Below, piece by piece: positions 37,011 through 45,886 of a stretch of 64,000 nt of DNA (within the stretch, counting starts at the first letter, position 1; each line of letters begins with the position of its first letter). The translations under genes were made by a program, and so were the position numbers. The stretch is taken from NCBI GenBank assembly GCA_963794415.1, contig CAWCDI010000002.1, forward strand, positions 413,930 to 477,929, read 5' to 3'. Below the pieces are notes generated by a model that was given only the letters and a program-made list of their open reading frames with translations, made no database searches and was not told the DNA's origin. The stretch comes from an uncultured Actinomycetes bacterium (GTDB lineage: Bacteria; Actinomycetota; Thermoleophilia; Gaiellales; JAICJC01).

Positions 37011-38323
37011 GCACGTTCACCTCCCGCGCGCACGAGCGGCTGGGCGACGTCGATCTGCGCTCGGCCATCGCCGGCATGACCGACCGCCAGTCCGACGCGC
37101 GCGTCGTCGCCACGGGCGAGATCGAGGGCTTCGATGCGCTGCGCGACCGCGGCGCCGAGATCCGCGACGAGGCCATCCGCCACCTCCCGCGCTACCTCGG
37201 CGAGCTCACGGCAAAGCTCGAGCGAAACGGCGTGATCGTCCACCGGGCGGCAACCGGCGCCGAGGCGACCGCCATCGTGAGCGAGATCGTCCGCCGCCAC
37301 GGCGGCAGCGTGGTGAAGGGCAAGTCGATGCTCGCCGAGGAGATCGGCCTCAACGAGCGGCTCGAGGCAGACGGCGTGGAGGTGTCCGAGACCGACCTCG
37401 GCGAGTTCATCATCCAGATGGCGGGTGAGCGGCCCGAGCACATCCTCGCGCCCTCCATCCACTGGAGCCGCGACCGCGTGCGCCGGCTGTTCGAGCCGCT
37501 GGCCGGGCGGTCGCTGGGCGACGACCCCGCCGAGCTGGTGGCCTTCGCGCGCGGGCATCTGAGGGCACGGTTCGAGTCGGCCACCGTGGGGATCACCGGC
37601 GTCAACTTCGGCGTGGCCGAGACCGGCTCGCTCGCGATCGTCTCGAACGAGGGCAACCAGCGCCTCTCGTCGGCGATGCCGCCGGTGCACATCGCGCTGA
37701 TGGGGATCGAGCGGGTGGTCCCGAAGCTCGCTGACCTCGGCGTGCTCCTGCCGCTCCTCGTGCGATCGGCCACCGGGCAGCGGATGAGCTCCTACGTCTC
37801 GCTCATCCAGGGGCCGCGCCGCGAGGGCGAGGACGACGGCCCCGAGGAGATGCACCTCGTGCTGATCGACAACGGCCGCAGCGCGATCCGCGAGAGCGGC
37901 TATGCAAGCGCGCTTCGCTGCATCCGCTGCGGCGCCTGCCAGAACGTCTGCCCCGTGTACCGCCAGGTCGGGGGAAGCGCCTACGGCTGGGTGTACGGCG
38001 GCCCGATCGGAGCGGTGCTCACGCCGCTCTTCCGCGGGCAGAAGGAGGCGGGCGAGCTGAGCCACGCCTCGTCGCTCTGCGCCGCCTGCGACGACGTGTG
38101 CCCGGTGAAGATCCCGCTGCACGACCTGCTGCTGGACCTCCGCCGCGACCGCGCGGCCGACGTGGCCGGCCGGCTCGAGCGGCTCAGCTTCCGCGTGTGG
38201 AGCGAGGTCTGGAGCCGGCCGTGGGCCTACCGCGCGTCGCTTCGGCTGGCACCGCTCGCGGGCCGGCTGCCGGGGCCCGGCCGGCGGTTCACGCGCACCC
38301 GCGATCTCGGCGGCGACCGGTGA
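37007..38323 (+). CDS. lutB: lactate utilisation protein LutB (LUD domain plus 4Fe-4S ferredoxin motifs)
   Basis: CIRCGACQNVCP and CAACDDVCP cluster motifs. GTG 37007 lies in a GTGA overlap with lutA. Confidence 0.9.
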   Translation: MSTFTSRAHERLGDVDLRSAIAGMTDRQSDARVVATGEIEGFDALRDRGAEIRDEAIRHLPRYLGELTAKLERNGVIVHRAATGAEATAIVSEIVRRHGGSVVKGKSMLAEEIGLNERLEADGVEVSETDLGEFIIQMAGERPEHILAPSIHWSRDRVRRLFEPLAGRSLGDDPAELVAFARGHLRARFESATVGITGVNFGVAETGSLAIVSNEGNQRLSSAMPPVHIALMGIERVVPKLADLGVLLPLLVRSATGQRMSSYVSLIQGPRREGEDDGPEEMHLVLIDNGRSAIRESGYASALRCIRCGACQNVCPVYRQVGGSAYGWVYGGPIGAVLTPLFRGQKEAGELSHASSLCAACDDVCPVKIPLHDLLLDLRRDRAADVAGRLERLSFRVWSEVWSRPWAYRASLRLAPLAGRLPGPGRRFTRTRDLGGDR

Positions 38324-38706
38324 TCGAGAGGTTCCGCGAGGCGCTCGAGGCCGTGGGCGGCGCGAAGTTCTACCGGGGCCGCGACGCTGCGGCCGACCTG
38401 GCCGGCGACGGCGTCTCGGTCACGGGCACGCTCACGGCGATCGCCGAGACCGGCACGGTGGTCATTAGCTCGCGCCTGAACGGCGGCCGCCTGGCGGGCC
38501 TCGCCGACCCGGTGCACGTGGCGATCGTGGAGGCAGGCGACGTGGTGGAGACGCTCACCGAGGCGCTCGAGCGGATCGCGCCCGAGCTCGAGCGCGCGTC
38601 AGTCGTGACCCTGGTGACCGGCCCCAGCCGGACTGCCGACATTGAGGGAGTGCTGATCCGCGGCGCCCACGGGCCGCGCGAGCTGCACGTCGTCTGGGTC
38701 GGCTGA
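38320..38706 (+). CDS. lutC: lactate utilisation protein LutC (short LUD-domain protein)
   Basis: LUD-like core (IAETGTVVISS, HVAIVEAGDVV, GPSRTADIEG). GTGA overlap with lutB. Confidence 0.8.
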   Translation: MIERFREALEAVGGAKFYRGRDAAADLAGDGVSVTGTLTAIAETGTVVISSRLNGGRLAGLADPVHVAIVEAGDVVETLTEALERIAPELERASVVTLVTGPSRTADIEGVLIRGAHGPRELHVVWVG

Positions 38707-38868
38707 GCCCCGCCCGCGACGGGAGTGCCGGGCGTTCCACTCGGCCAGCTGCTCGTCGGTGAGATCGCTCGGCGGCAGCCTCCGGGCGTAGATGCCGAAT
38801 CGCACCAGAAAGCCCAGCCCGATGACGGCCGGGATGATGTGCGGAATGTGTTGCAGAACCAGGTCCAC
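38599..38868 (-). CDS. possible small membrane protein (hypothetical)
   Basis: GTG start, one hydrophobic helix (IIPAVIGLGFLVRFGIY) and strong third-position G/C bias over the first about 50 codons. However, 108 nt overlap the lutC 3' end. Confidence 0.3.
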   Translation of the reverse strand: MDLVLQHIPHIIPAVIGLGFLVRFGIYARRLPPSDLTDEQLAEWNARHSRRGRGSADPDDVQLARPVGAADQHSLNVGSPAGAGHQGHD

Positions 38869-38946
38869 GCACCAATACTGTAGACCCTGGCCCCATCACG
38901 TCGCTTGTCGTTGCCCGGGTCCGGCCATTGCCCTAGGATTCTCCGC

Positions 38947-40002
38947 GTGCAAGCTTTCAAAGTTGGGCTGTTCGCAGTCGTCCTGGGGACCATCGGCGCC
39001 GTAGCGATCCTTTTGACCCCGTCGTGGTTCCCGGTGCAGGCCTCGATCCAGGCCCAGCGGCACGACGAGATCTACCAGGCAGCCATGATCATGGCGTCCT
39101 ACATCTTCGCGCTTGTGGTGACCTTCCTGGGGTACTCGATGTGGAAGTTCCGCGCCAAGCCCGGCGACATGTCCGACGGCGAGCCCATCCACGGCAACAC
39201 GGCGCTCGAGATCATCTGGACGCTCATCCCGCTGCTCCTCGTGCTCGGCTTCGCCGTCTACGGCGCCATCACGCTCTCCAAGAACGAGAACACGTCCAAC
39301 ACGCAGCTGGTCGTGAACGTGACCGGCCGTGAGTTCGAGTGGAACTTCGACTACCCGTCGCAGAAGATCAAGGACGCAGGCATCCTCGAGGTGCCGGTCA
39401 ACCAGAAGGTCGTCTTCCACGTGTTCGGCGTCAAGAACGACGTGATCCACGGCTTCTACATCCCGGCCTTCCGCGAGGGCATCGACGCGGTGCCCGGCGA
39501 TCCCACCCAGCTGGTGGTGACGCCCATCCGCGAGGGCACCTACGCCGTCATCTGCAACATGCTCTGCGGCATCGGCCACAGCCAGATGCGCACGGTGGTG
39601 AACGTCGTCTCCGAGGCCAAGTTCAACCTCTGGGTCAAGGCGCAGCTGGCGCTCCAGAACGCTCCGGCCGCCTCGGCGGGATCCGGATCCGGCTCCGGGT
39701 CGGGCGGCGCCGTTGACGCGAAGTCGCTGTTCAGCACCAACTGCGCGTCGTGCCACACGCTCTCGGCGGCCGGTGCCACCGGCAGCGTCGGCCCCAACCT
39801 GGACAACGTCGCCTCCGACGCCGCCAAGTACGGCGGCGGGCAGTCGCCCGAGGACTACGTCAAGGAGTCGATCGAGGATCCCAACAAGGTGATCGTGTCG
39901 GGCTTCCAGCCCAACCTGATGCCCGGCACCTTCGGCACCCAGCTCTCGTCGGCAGACATCGACGCACTTGTGAACTTCATCCTGAAAGGCAGTAACGGAT
40001 GA
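38947..40002 (+). CDS. ctaC: cytochrome c oxidase subunit II with a fused C-terminal cytochrome c domain (caa3-type CtaC)
   Basis: Two N-terminal TM helices, CuA site CNMLCGIGHSQM, a Gly/Ser linker and a CASCH heme-c motif. Start at GTG 38947 or TTG 38905. Confidence 0.9.
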   Translation: MQAFKVGLFAVVLGTIGAVAILLTPSWFPVQASIQAQRHDEIYQAAMIMASYIFALVVTFLGYSMWKFRAKPGDMSDGEPIHGNTALEIIWTLIPLLLVLGFAVYGAITLSKNENTSNTQLVVNVTGREFEWNFDYPSQKIKDAGILEVPVNQKVVFHVFGVKNDVIHGFYIPAFREGIDAVPGDPTQLVVTPIREGTYAVICNMLCGIGHSQMRTVVNVVSEAKFNLWVKAQLALQNAPAASAGSGSGSGSGGAVDAKSLFSTNCASCHTLSAAGATGSVGPNLDNVASDAAKYGGGQSPEDYVKESIEDPNKVIVSGFQPNLMPGTFGTQLSSADIDALVNFILKGSNG

Positions 40003-42434
40003 CCGCGCACGCTGAAGAACTCCACGGTGGCGGCGGCGGACACGCCTCGCACGAGCACGGCCACAGCGGCCCCCAGAAGTCCATCTGGCTGAGGGGCAGC
40101 CTCGTGCGGGCCGCCTGGTGCACGGTGCTCGGCGCGCTCATCGGCCGCTTCGGCGTGATGGCGGTGCGCAGCTGGCTCTTCGGCTACCCGGCACAGGACT
40201 CGGGCGTCGAGGACACGTTCATGATGGTGTTCGGCGGCGTCGCCTTCCTCATCGGCATCGGCTGCTTCGACTACTGGTGGGGATACCTCGTGGGCAGCCC
40301 GACGTGGGTCGAGGAGGATCACTCCGCGCACGGCGCCTACACGTGGAAGGACTACTTCAAGGTCAACACCGATCACAAGGTGATCGGCATGCAGTACCTG
40401 TGCACCACCTTCGTGTTCTTCATGATCGGCGGCGCGCTAGCCGAGGGCGTCCGCGCCGAGCTGGCCACCCCGGGCGAGCAGTACTTCTCGCCCAGCACGT
40501 ACAACGGCCTCTTCTCGGTGCACGCGGCGCTGATGATCTTCCTGTTCATCATCCCGGCGTTCGCGGGCCTCGGCAACATCGTCATCCCGCTGATGCTGGG
40601 CGCCCAGGACATGGCGTTCCCGCGGCTGAACGCGCTGTCGTTCTGGATGCTGCCGATCGCCGGCGTCTGCATGTGCTCATCGTTCCTGGTGGGCGCCTTC
40701 GACGCAGGCTGGACGAACTACCCGTCGCTGGCGGTGCACGGGCCTGCCGGCCAGACGTTCTGGGTCATAGGCGTGCAGTTCGCCGGCGCGTCGTCCATCG
40801 CCACGGCCGTCAACTTCCTGGTCACCATCGTGACCATGCGCGCGCCGGGCATGACCTTCTGGCGGATGCCGTTGCTCGTGTGGGCCAACCTCGCCACCTC
40901 GTCGCTGGTGGTGCTGGGCACGCCGTTCATCGCAGGCGCCCAGTTCATGGTGCTGTTCGACCGGCTCTTCCCCACCCACTTCTTCGATCCGGCGGCCGGC
41001 GGCAACCTGATCATGTACCAGCACATCTTCTGGTTCTACTCGCACCCAGCGGTGTACATCATGATGCTGCCCGGGTTCGGGATCATCTCCGAGGTGATCG
41101 CGACTCACTCGCGCAAACCGATCTTCGGCTATCGCCTGATCGCGCTCTCGACCGTGGCCATCGGTGTGCTCGGGTTCACGGTGTGGGCGCACCACATGTT
41201 CATCTCGGGCATGGCGCCGTGGCTGCGCGTGCCGATGATGTTCACCACCATGCTGATCGCGGTGCCGACCGGCATCAAGATGTTCTCGTGGCTCGCGACC
41301 ATGTGGAAGGGCGTGATCCATCTCACGACCGCCATGCTCTTTGCCTGCGGGTTCCTGTTCACGTTCGCCATCGGCGGGCTCTCCGGCGTGTTCCTGGCGA
41401 TCCTGCCGATCGACATCAACGTGTCCAGCTCGTACTTCGTGGTGGCCCACATCCACTACGTGCTGTTCGGCGGCTCGGTGTTCACGATCTATGCCGGCAT
41501 CTATCACTGGTTCCCGAAGATGACGGGCAAGATGTATGACGAGACGCTGGGCAAGCTCCATTTCTGGATCACGTTCTTTGCCTTCAACTTCACGTTCATG
41601 CCGATGCACTGGCTGGGCCTCGAGGGCATGCCCCGGCGCGTGGTGGACTATCCCGACCGGTTCGGCGCCGTCAACTTCTTCATCTCGATCTGGGCGTTCA
41701 TCCTGGGCGCCTCCACGCTGATCTTCCTCTACAACATGATCCACTCATGGGCCCGGGGCAAGAAGGCTGGAGCCAACCCCTGGCGGTCGCTCACGCTCGA
41801 GTGGATGGTCACCTCGCCCGCGCCGATCTTCAACTTCGACGAGCCGCCGCAAGTGGTCGGCAGCCCGTACGCCTACGGCATCCCGGGTGCCCGCCACGCC
41901 ATCGTGACGGTGCATCAGCCCGAGCCGGTCGAACGGCCGGTGCCGGCGGCGCTCGCTGTGGCCAGCCCGGCTCAGAGGGAGGCGATCATGTCGTCGCTCA
42001 AGCACATCCTGGTGGTCGCGAACCAGACCGTGGCCAGCGACTCGCTGATCGCGGCGGTCAAGGCGCGGGCCCAGGCCGAGCCCTCGCGGGTGACGGTCAT
42101 CTGCCCGCAGAACGATCCTGCCGACAAGTGGGTGGTGGACGAGGATCAGGTGGCGCTCGAGACGCGCAGGCGGCTCGATGCGACGCTGGCGGCCCTCCTG
42201 GCAGCCGGCGTGCAGGCCGACGGCCGCGTGGTCGCGGCAGATCCCTACAGCGCGGTGATGGATGCGGTGGAGTCGAGCGACCCGCCGGCCGAGATCATCA
42301 TCTCGACGCTCCCGCGGACGCGCTCGGGGTGGATGCGGCGCGACCTGGTCGATCGGCTGAAGGCCGATACCAAGGTGCCCGTGTCGCACGTTGAGAGCGG
42401 CGATACCTCTCCCGATTCGGCGGGCCGCCAGTGA
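39999..42434 (+). CDS. ctaD: cytochrome c oxidase subunit I (A-family) with an N-terminal His-rich two-helix extension and a C-terminal USP-like domain
   Basis: The core has GNIVIPLMLGAQDMAFPRLN, WFYSHPAVYIMMLPGFG, WAHHMF and AHIHYVLFGG. The 811-aa ORF has no internal stop. ATGA overlap with ctaC. Confidence 0.9.
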   Translation: MTAHAEELHGGGGGHASHEHGHSGPQKSIWLRGSLVRAAWCTVLGALIGRFGVMAVRSWLFGYPAQDSGVEDTFMMVFGGVAFLIGIGCFDYWWGYLVGSPTWVEEDHSAHGAYTWKDYFKVNTDHKVIGMQYLCTTFVFFMIGGALAEGVRAELATPGEQYFSPSTYNGLFSVHAALMIFLFIIPAFAGLGNIVIPLMLGAQDMAFPRLNALSFWMLPIAGVCMCSSFLVGAFDAGWTNYPSLAVHGPAGQTFWVIGVQFAGASSIATAVNFLVTIVTMRAPGMTFWRMPLLVWANLATSSLVVLGTPFIAGAQFMVLFDRLFPTHFFDPAAGGNLIMYQHIFWFYSHPAVYIMMLPGFGIISEVIATHSRKPIFGYRLIALSTVAIGVLGFTVWAHHMFISGMAPWLRVPMMFTTMLIAVPTGIKMFSWLATMWKGVIHLTTAMLFACGFLFTFAIGGLSGVFLAILPIDINVSSSYFVVAHIHYVLFGGSVFTIYAGIYHWFPKMTGKMYDETLGKLHFWITFFAFNFTFMPMHWLGLEGMPRRVVDYPDRFGAVNFFISIWAFILGASTLIFLYNMIHSWARGKKAGANPWRSLTLEWMVTSPAPIFNFDEPPQVVGSPYAYGIPGARHAIVTVHQPEPVERPVPAALAVASPAQREAIMSSLKHILVVANQTVASDSLIAAVKARAQAEPSRVTVICPQNDPADKWVVDEDQVALETRRRLDATLAALLAAGVQADGRVVAADPYSAVMDAVESSDPPAEIIISTLPRTRSGWMRRDLVDRLKADTKVPVSHVESGDTSPDSAGRQ

Positions 42435-43039
42435 GCGCGTCCAGCGTGCCGTTCGACGGCTCGGCGCTGCCCGAGCCGGTCGTCGAGGAGAAGGAGAGCC
42501 TGCTCACCAACCGCGTCTACCTCGGGATGGTCATGTTCCTGGGGTCGGAGGCGATGCTGTTCGGCTCGTTCTTCACGGCCTTCTTCTTCCTGCGGTTCAC
42601 CAGCAACTCGTGGCCGACCGACGGCCTGAAGCTGCCGGTCGAGGCGACGGGCATCAACACCGCGATCCTGATCAGCTCGTCGTTCACGATGCACTGGGCG
42701 CTGGTCTCGATCCGGCGGAACAACCGCAACGGGCTGGTGGTGGGGCTGGGGCTGACGCTCCTGATGGGCCTCACATTCCTGGCGCTGCAGATCCACGAGT
42801 ACATCACGCTCGGGTTCTCGCCCTCGACCAATGCGTTCGCAGGCGCCTTCTTCGCCCTGACGGGCCTGCACGGCCTTCACGTGTTCATCGGAGCGACGCT
42901 CCTGACCATCGCCTTCGTCCGCGCCAAGCGCGGCCGATACTCACCAGAATCCCACCTCGGCCTCGAAGTGACCGGCCTCTACTGGCACTTCGTTGACGTG
43001 GTCTGGATTCTCCTGTACACGGTCGTCTACCTCTTGTAG
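42431..43039 (+). CDS. ctaE: cytochrome c oxidase subunit III, short 5-TM form
   Basis: FLGSEAMLFGSFF, LTGLHGLHVFIG and YWHFVDVVWI. GTGA overlap with ctaD. Confidence 0.88.
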   Translation: MSASSVPFDGSALPEPVVEEKESLLTNRVYLGMVMFLGSEAMLFGSFFTAFFFLRFTSNSWPTDGLKLPVEATGINTAILISSSFTMHWALVSIRRNNRNGLVVGLGLTLLMGLTFLALQIHEYITLGFSPSTNAFAGAFFALTGLHGLHVFIGATLLTIAFVRAKRGRYSPESHLGLEVTGLYWHFVDVVWILLYTVVYLL

Positions 43040-43095
43040 CTCCGCGGGGCTACGGCCCAGCGAGGGGCGCGGGGAGGTGAACGGGGCGCGGTGGG

Positions 43096-43317
43096 TCAGT
43101 CGGGCAGGTCGCGGTATTCCGCGATCGCGTCGCGCACCCAGGCGACCATCGAGATCAGCGTGATCATCGCGCCGATGCTGACCAGGCTGAGGCGCCACGC
43201 CCGTGCATCCGGCACGAAGCCGAACAGGGTGAGGGCCACGCCGAAGCCCAGCACGATCGGCAGGGCCGACGGTGAGGGCAGGTGGAACGGGTTGTCGTGG
43301 GCGTCGTTGTCTGCCAT
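43096..43317 (-). CDS. 73-aa two-helix protein homologous to the N-terminal TM1-TM2 module of 7-TM cytochrome oxidase subunit III
   Basis: FHLPSPSALPIVLGFG resembles the H-x-V-x-PSPWP start of COX3, and MVAWVRDAIAEY resembles the WWRDVIRE motif at the end of COX3 TM2. It is the last gene of the minus-strand oxidase operon. Confidence 0.6.
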   Translation of the reverse strand: MADNDAHDNPFHLPSPSALPIVLGFGVALTLFGFVPDARAWRLSLVSIGAMITLISMVAWVRDAIAEYRDLPD

Positions 43318-43320
43318 GGC

Positions 43321-43437
43321 CTACGAGTGGATCGTGATCTCCCCGACCACGAACGTCGCGATGAAGATCAAGAGCGACGCCAGCGACAGCCAGAGCGCGA
43401 GGCGGATGTTCTTCTTGGCGGTGGGCTTGTCCAGCAT
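43321..43437 (-). CDS. 38-aa single-TM micro-protein in the oxidase operon (possible small oxidase subunit)
   Basis: ATG 43437 overlaps the coxI stop (TGATG). It reads MLDKPTAKKNIRLALWLSLASLLIFIATFVVGEITIHS and ends 3 nt before the next start. Confidence 0.45.
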   Translation of the reverse strand: MLDKPTAKKNIRLALWLSLASLLIFIATFVVGEITIHS

Positions 43438-45104
43438 CAGGAGACCGATTCTACCGGTGCCGCACCAGCTTTGGCGGCGGCCTGCGCCTGCCGCAGATCC
43501 CACATGGGCCGCTCGCTCTCGATGGGCGGGAGCTCGTCGAAGTTGTGCGCCGGCGGTGGCGAGGTGGTGTACCACTCCAGGCTGTTACCGCCCCACGGAT
43601 CGTTCGGCGCGATGCGCCCGTACCGCAGCGAGCTGATGCAGTTCCAGAGCACCATCATCACGCCCACCGCGAGCAGCAGCGAGCCCAGCGTGGCGATCTG
43701 GTTGTAGAGCTGCCACGAGTGGTTGGTGTACGTCGAGACGCGCCGCGGCATGCCCGAGAGGCCCATCGCGTGCATCGGGAAGAACGTCATGTTGAACGCG
43801 ATGAAGAGCACCCAGAAGCTGCGCACGCCCAGCTGGCGGTCGAGCATCCGCCCCGTGATCTTGGGATACCAGAAGTGCACGCCCGCCATCACCGCGAACA
43901 CCGGCACCGTGCCCAGCACGTAGTGGAAGTGCGCCACGACGAAGTAGGTGTCGGTCACCTGCTGGTCGATGGGGTAGACCGCCAGCATGATGCCGGAGAG
44001 GCCGCCGATGAGGAACAGGCCGATGAAGCCCACCGCGAACAGCATGGGCGGCTCGAACCGCAGGCGGCCCATCCACATCGTGCCGATCCAGTTGAAGATC
44101 TTCACGCCCGTCGGCACCGCGATCATCATCGACGTCAGCATGAACCACACCTGCACCGGCTCGGAGAAGCCCACCGCGAACATGTGGTGGCCCCACACGA
44201 GGAACCCGAGGAACGCGATCGCGGCCGTCGAGTAGACCAGCGCCTTGTAGCCGAAGAGCGGCTTTCGCGAGAACACCGGCAGGATCTCGGAGATCATCCC
44301 GAAGCCCGGTAGCGCCATCACGTACACCACCGGGTGCGAGTAGAACCAGAACAGGTGCTGGTAGAGCAGCACGTTGCCCGAGTGCGCCGGGTCGTAGAAG
44401 CTGGTGCCGTAGTTGCGGTCGAGCAGCAGCATCGTGAGCGCCCCGGCCAGCACCGGGCCGGCGGCCACGATCATGATCGAGTAGATCTCGATGGTCCACG
44501 TGAAGAGCGGCATCCGCGACAGCCGCATCCCGGGCGCGCGCATGTTGTGGATGGTGCAGAGGAAGTTGATCGCGCCGATCAGGGACGAGAGGCCGATCAC
44601 GTGCAGGCCCACGATCCACAGGTCCTGGCCGTGGCCCACCGACTGCACCGAGAGCGGCGGATAGCTCGTCCAGCCGGAGCTCGCCGGCCCGCCGCCCCAC
44701 ACGAACCCGGTGTAGAGCACGAGCGCCCCGAAGATGAGCAGCCAGAACGAGAGCGCGTTCAGCCGGGGGAACGCCATGTCGCGCGCGCCGATCTGCAGCG
44801 GCACCAGGTAGTTGCCGAACCCGGCCATCACCGGCACCACGAACAGGAAGATCATGGTGGTGCCGTGCATCGTCATCAGCTCGTTGTAGTTCTGGGCCGA
44901 GACCAGGGTGTTGGACGTGTGCTCGAGCTGCAGCCGGATGACCAGCGCGAAGATGCCGCCGATCAGGAAGAACAGGAACGTCAGCACCAGGTACATGATC
45001 CCGATGCGCTTGTGGTCGACGGTCGTCAGCCACGTCCAGAGGTTGTTGTTCTCCTCGGAGGACTCGACGGTCACGTGCGGCGTTGGGAGGACGTCAGTTG
45101 CCAT
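43437..45104 (-). CDS. cytochrome c oxidase subunit I (A-family), second copy
   Basis: VDHKRIGIMYL, GNYLVPLQIGARDMAFPRLN, WFYSHPVVYVMALPGFG, WGHHMF and AHFHYVL; 555 aa. Confidence 0.93.
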   Translation of the reverse strand: MATDVLPTPHVTVESSEENNNLWTWLTTVDHKRIGIMYLVLTFLFFLIGGIFALVIRLQLEHTSNTLVSAQNYNELMTMHGTTMIFLFVVPVMAGFGNYLVPLQIGARDMAFPRLNALSFWLLIFGALVLYTGFVWGGGPASSGWTSYPPLSVQSVGHGQDLWIVGLHVIGLSSLIGAINFLCTIHNMRAPGMRLSRMPLFTWTIEIYSIMIVAAGPVLAGALTMLLLDRNYGTSFYDPAHSGNVLLYQHLFWFYSHPVVYVMALPGFGMISEILPVFSRKPLFGYKALVYSTAAIAFLGFLVWGHHMFAVGFSEPVQVWFMLTSMMIAVPTGVKIFNWIGTMWMGRLRFEPPMLFAVGFIGLFLIGGLSGIMLAVYPIDQQVTDTYFVVAHFHYVLGTVPVFAVMAGVHFWYPKITGRMLDRQLGVRSFWVLFIAFNMTFFPMHAMGLSGMPRRVSTYTNHSWQLYNQIATLGSLLLAVGVMMVLWNCISSLRYGRIAPNDPWGGNSLEWYTTSPPPAHNFDELPPIESERPMWDLRQAQAAAKAGAAPVESVS

Positions 45105-45836
45105 CTAGCTCAGCCCACTGTATTTCGGATTCGTGTCCCACGTGTGCTGTGAGACCACCTGGACGGTGATGAGCATGCCGGCATGTCCGACACCACAGAA
45201 TTCTGCGCACTGCCCCGTGTACGTGCCGACCTTGGTGGGCGTGAACCCGTCGTAGTTGGTGCGGCCGGGGATCGCGTCGATCTTGGGCCCGAGCGCGGGC
45301 ACCCACCAGTCGTGGGCGACGTCCTTGGACGTGACCGTGAGCTTCACCGGCCGGTTGACGGGCAGCACCAGGGTGCTGGCGTCCGGCGGCGGCTTGCCCG
45401 ACGGGTACGTGTAGGAGAACGAGAACTGCGCGGCCGACACCTTCACGTCCATCGCGTTGGACGAGATCTTCTCGGCGTCGGGGATCTGCATGAAGACGTA
45501 GACCAGGATGCCGGCGATGATCAGGATCGGCACGATGGTCCAGCCGATCTCGAGGCGGGTGGAGCCGTGCGTCTGGGGCGGCTCGTGCGTGTCTCCGCGG
45601 CGCTCGCGGAAGCGCACCGACGTGTAGAAGAGCCAGCCGCCGACCAGGACGAAGATGGTGAGGCAGACGCCCAGCACCGCGTAGTAGATGTGGTTGATCG
45701 AGTCTGCGTTGGAGCTCTCGGGCGTCACCGGCGTGGCTGTATTGGCGAACGCGGGCGCCGCTGCGACGAGCAAGATGACCAGCGCGAGCGGGGCGGCGGC
45801 GGCCCAAAGGCGGGGACGACGATGAATCACAGTCAC
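45105..45836 (-). CDS. cytochrome c oxidase subunit II (CuA, no fused cytochrome c)
   Basis: Signal/TM regions and CuA site CAEFCGVGHAGM. It directly abuts the coxI start. Confidence 0.9.
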   Translation of the reverse strand: MTVIHRRPRLWAAAAPLALVILLVAAAPAFANTATPVTPESSNADSINHIYYAVLGVCLTIFVLVGGWLFYTSVRFRERRGDTHEPPQTHGSTRLEIGWTIVPILIIAGILVYVFMQIPDAEKISSNAMDVKVSAAQFSFSYTYPSGKPPPDASTLVLPVNRPVKLTVTSKDVAHDWWVPALGPKIDAIPGRTNYDGFTPTKVGTYTGQCAEFCGVGHAGMLITVQVVSQHTWDTNPKYSGLS

Positions 45837-45886
45837 AGGCGGGCAGATTGTACCCGTCCCCGGCGGTCGTCGGCTCCGGGTTCAGT

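Noticed and set aside
38947-45836. The two cytochrome oxidase operons as a recent inverted duplication.
   Set aside because: The subunit I and II pairs are clearly diverged in sequence and architecture: a cytochrome c fusion and USP fusion in one, and small accessory subunits in the other. They are distinct paralogous oxidases, not a repeat.
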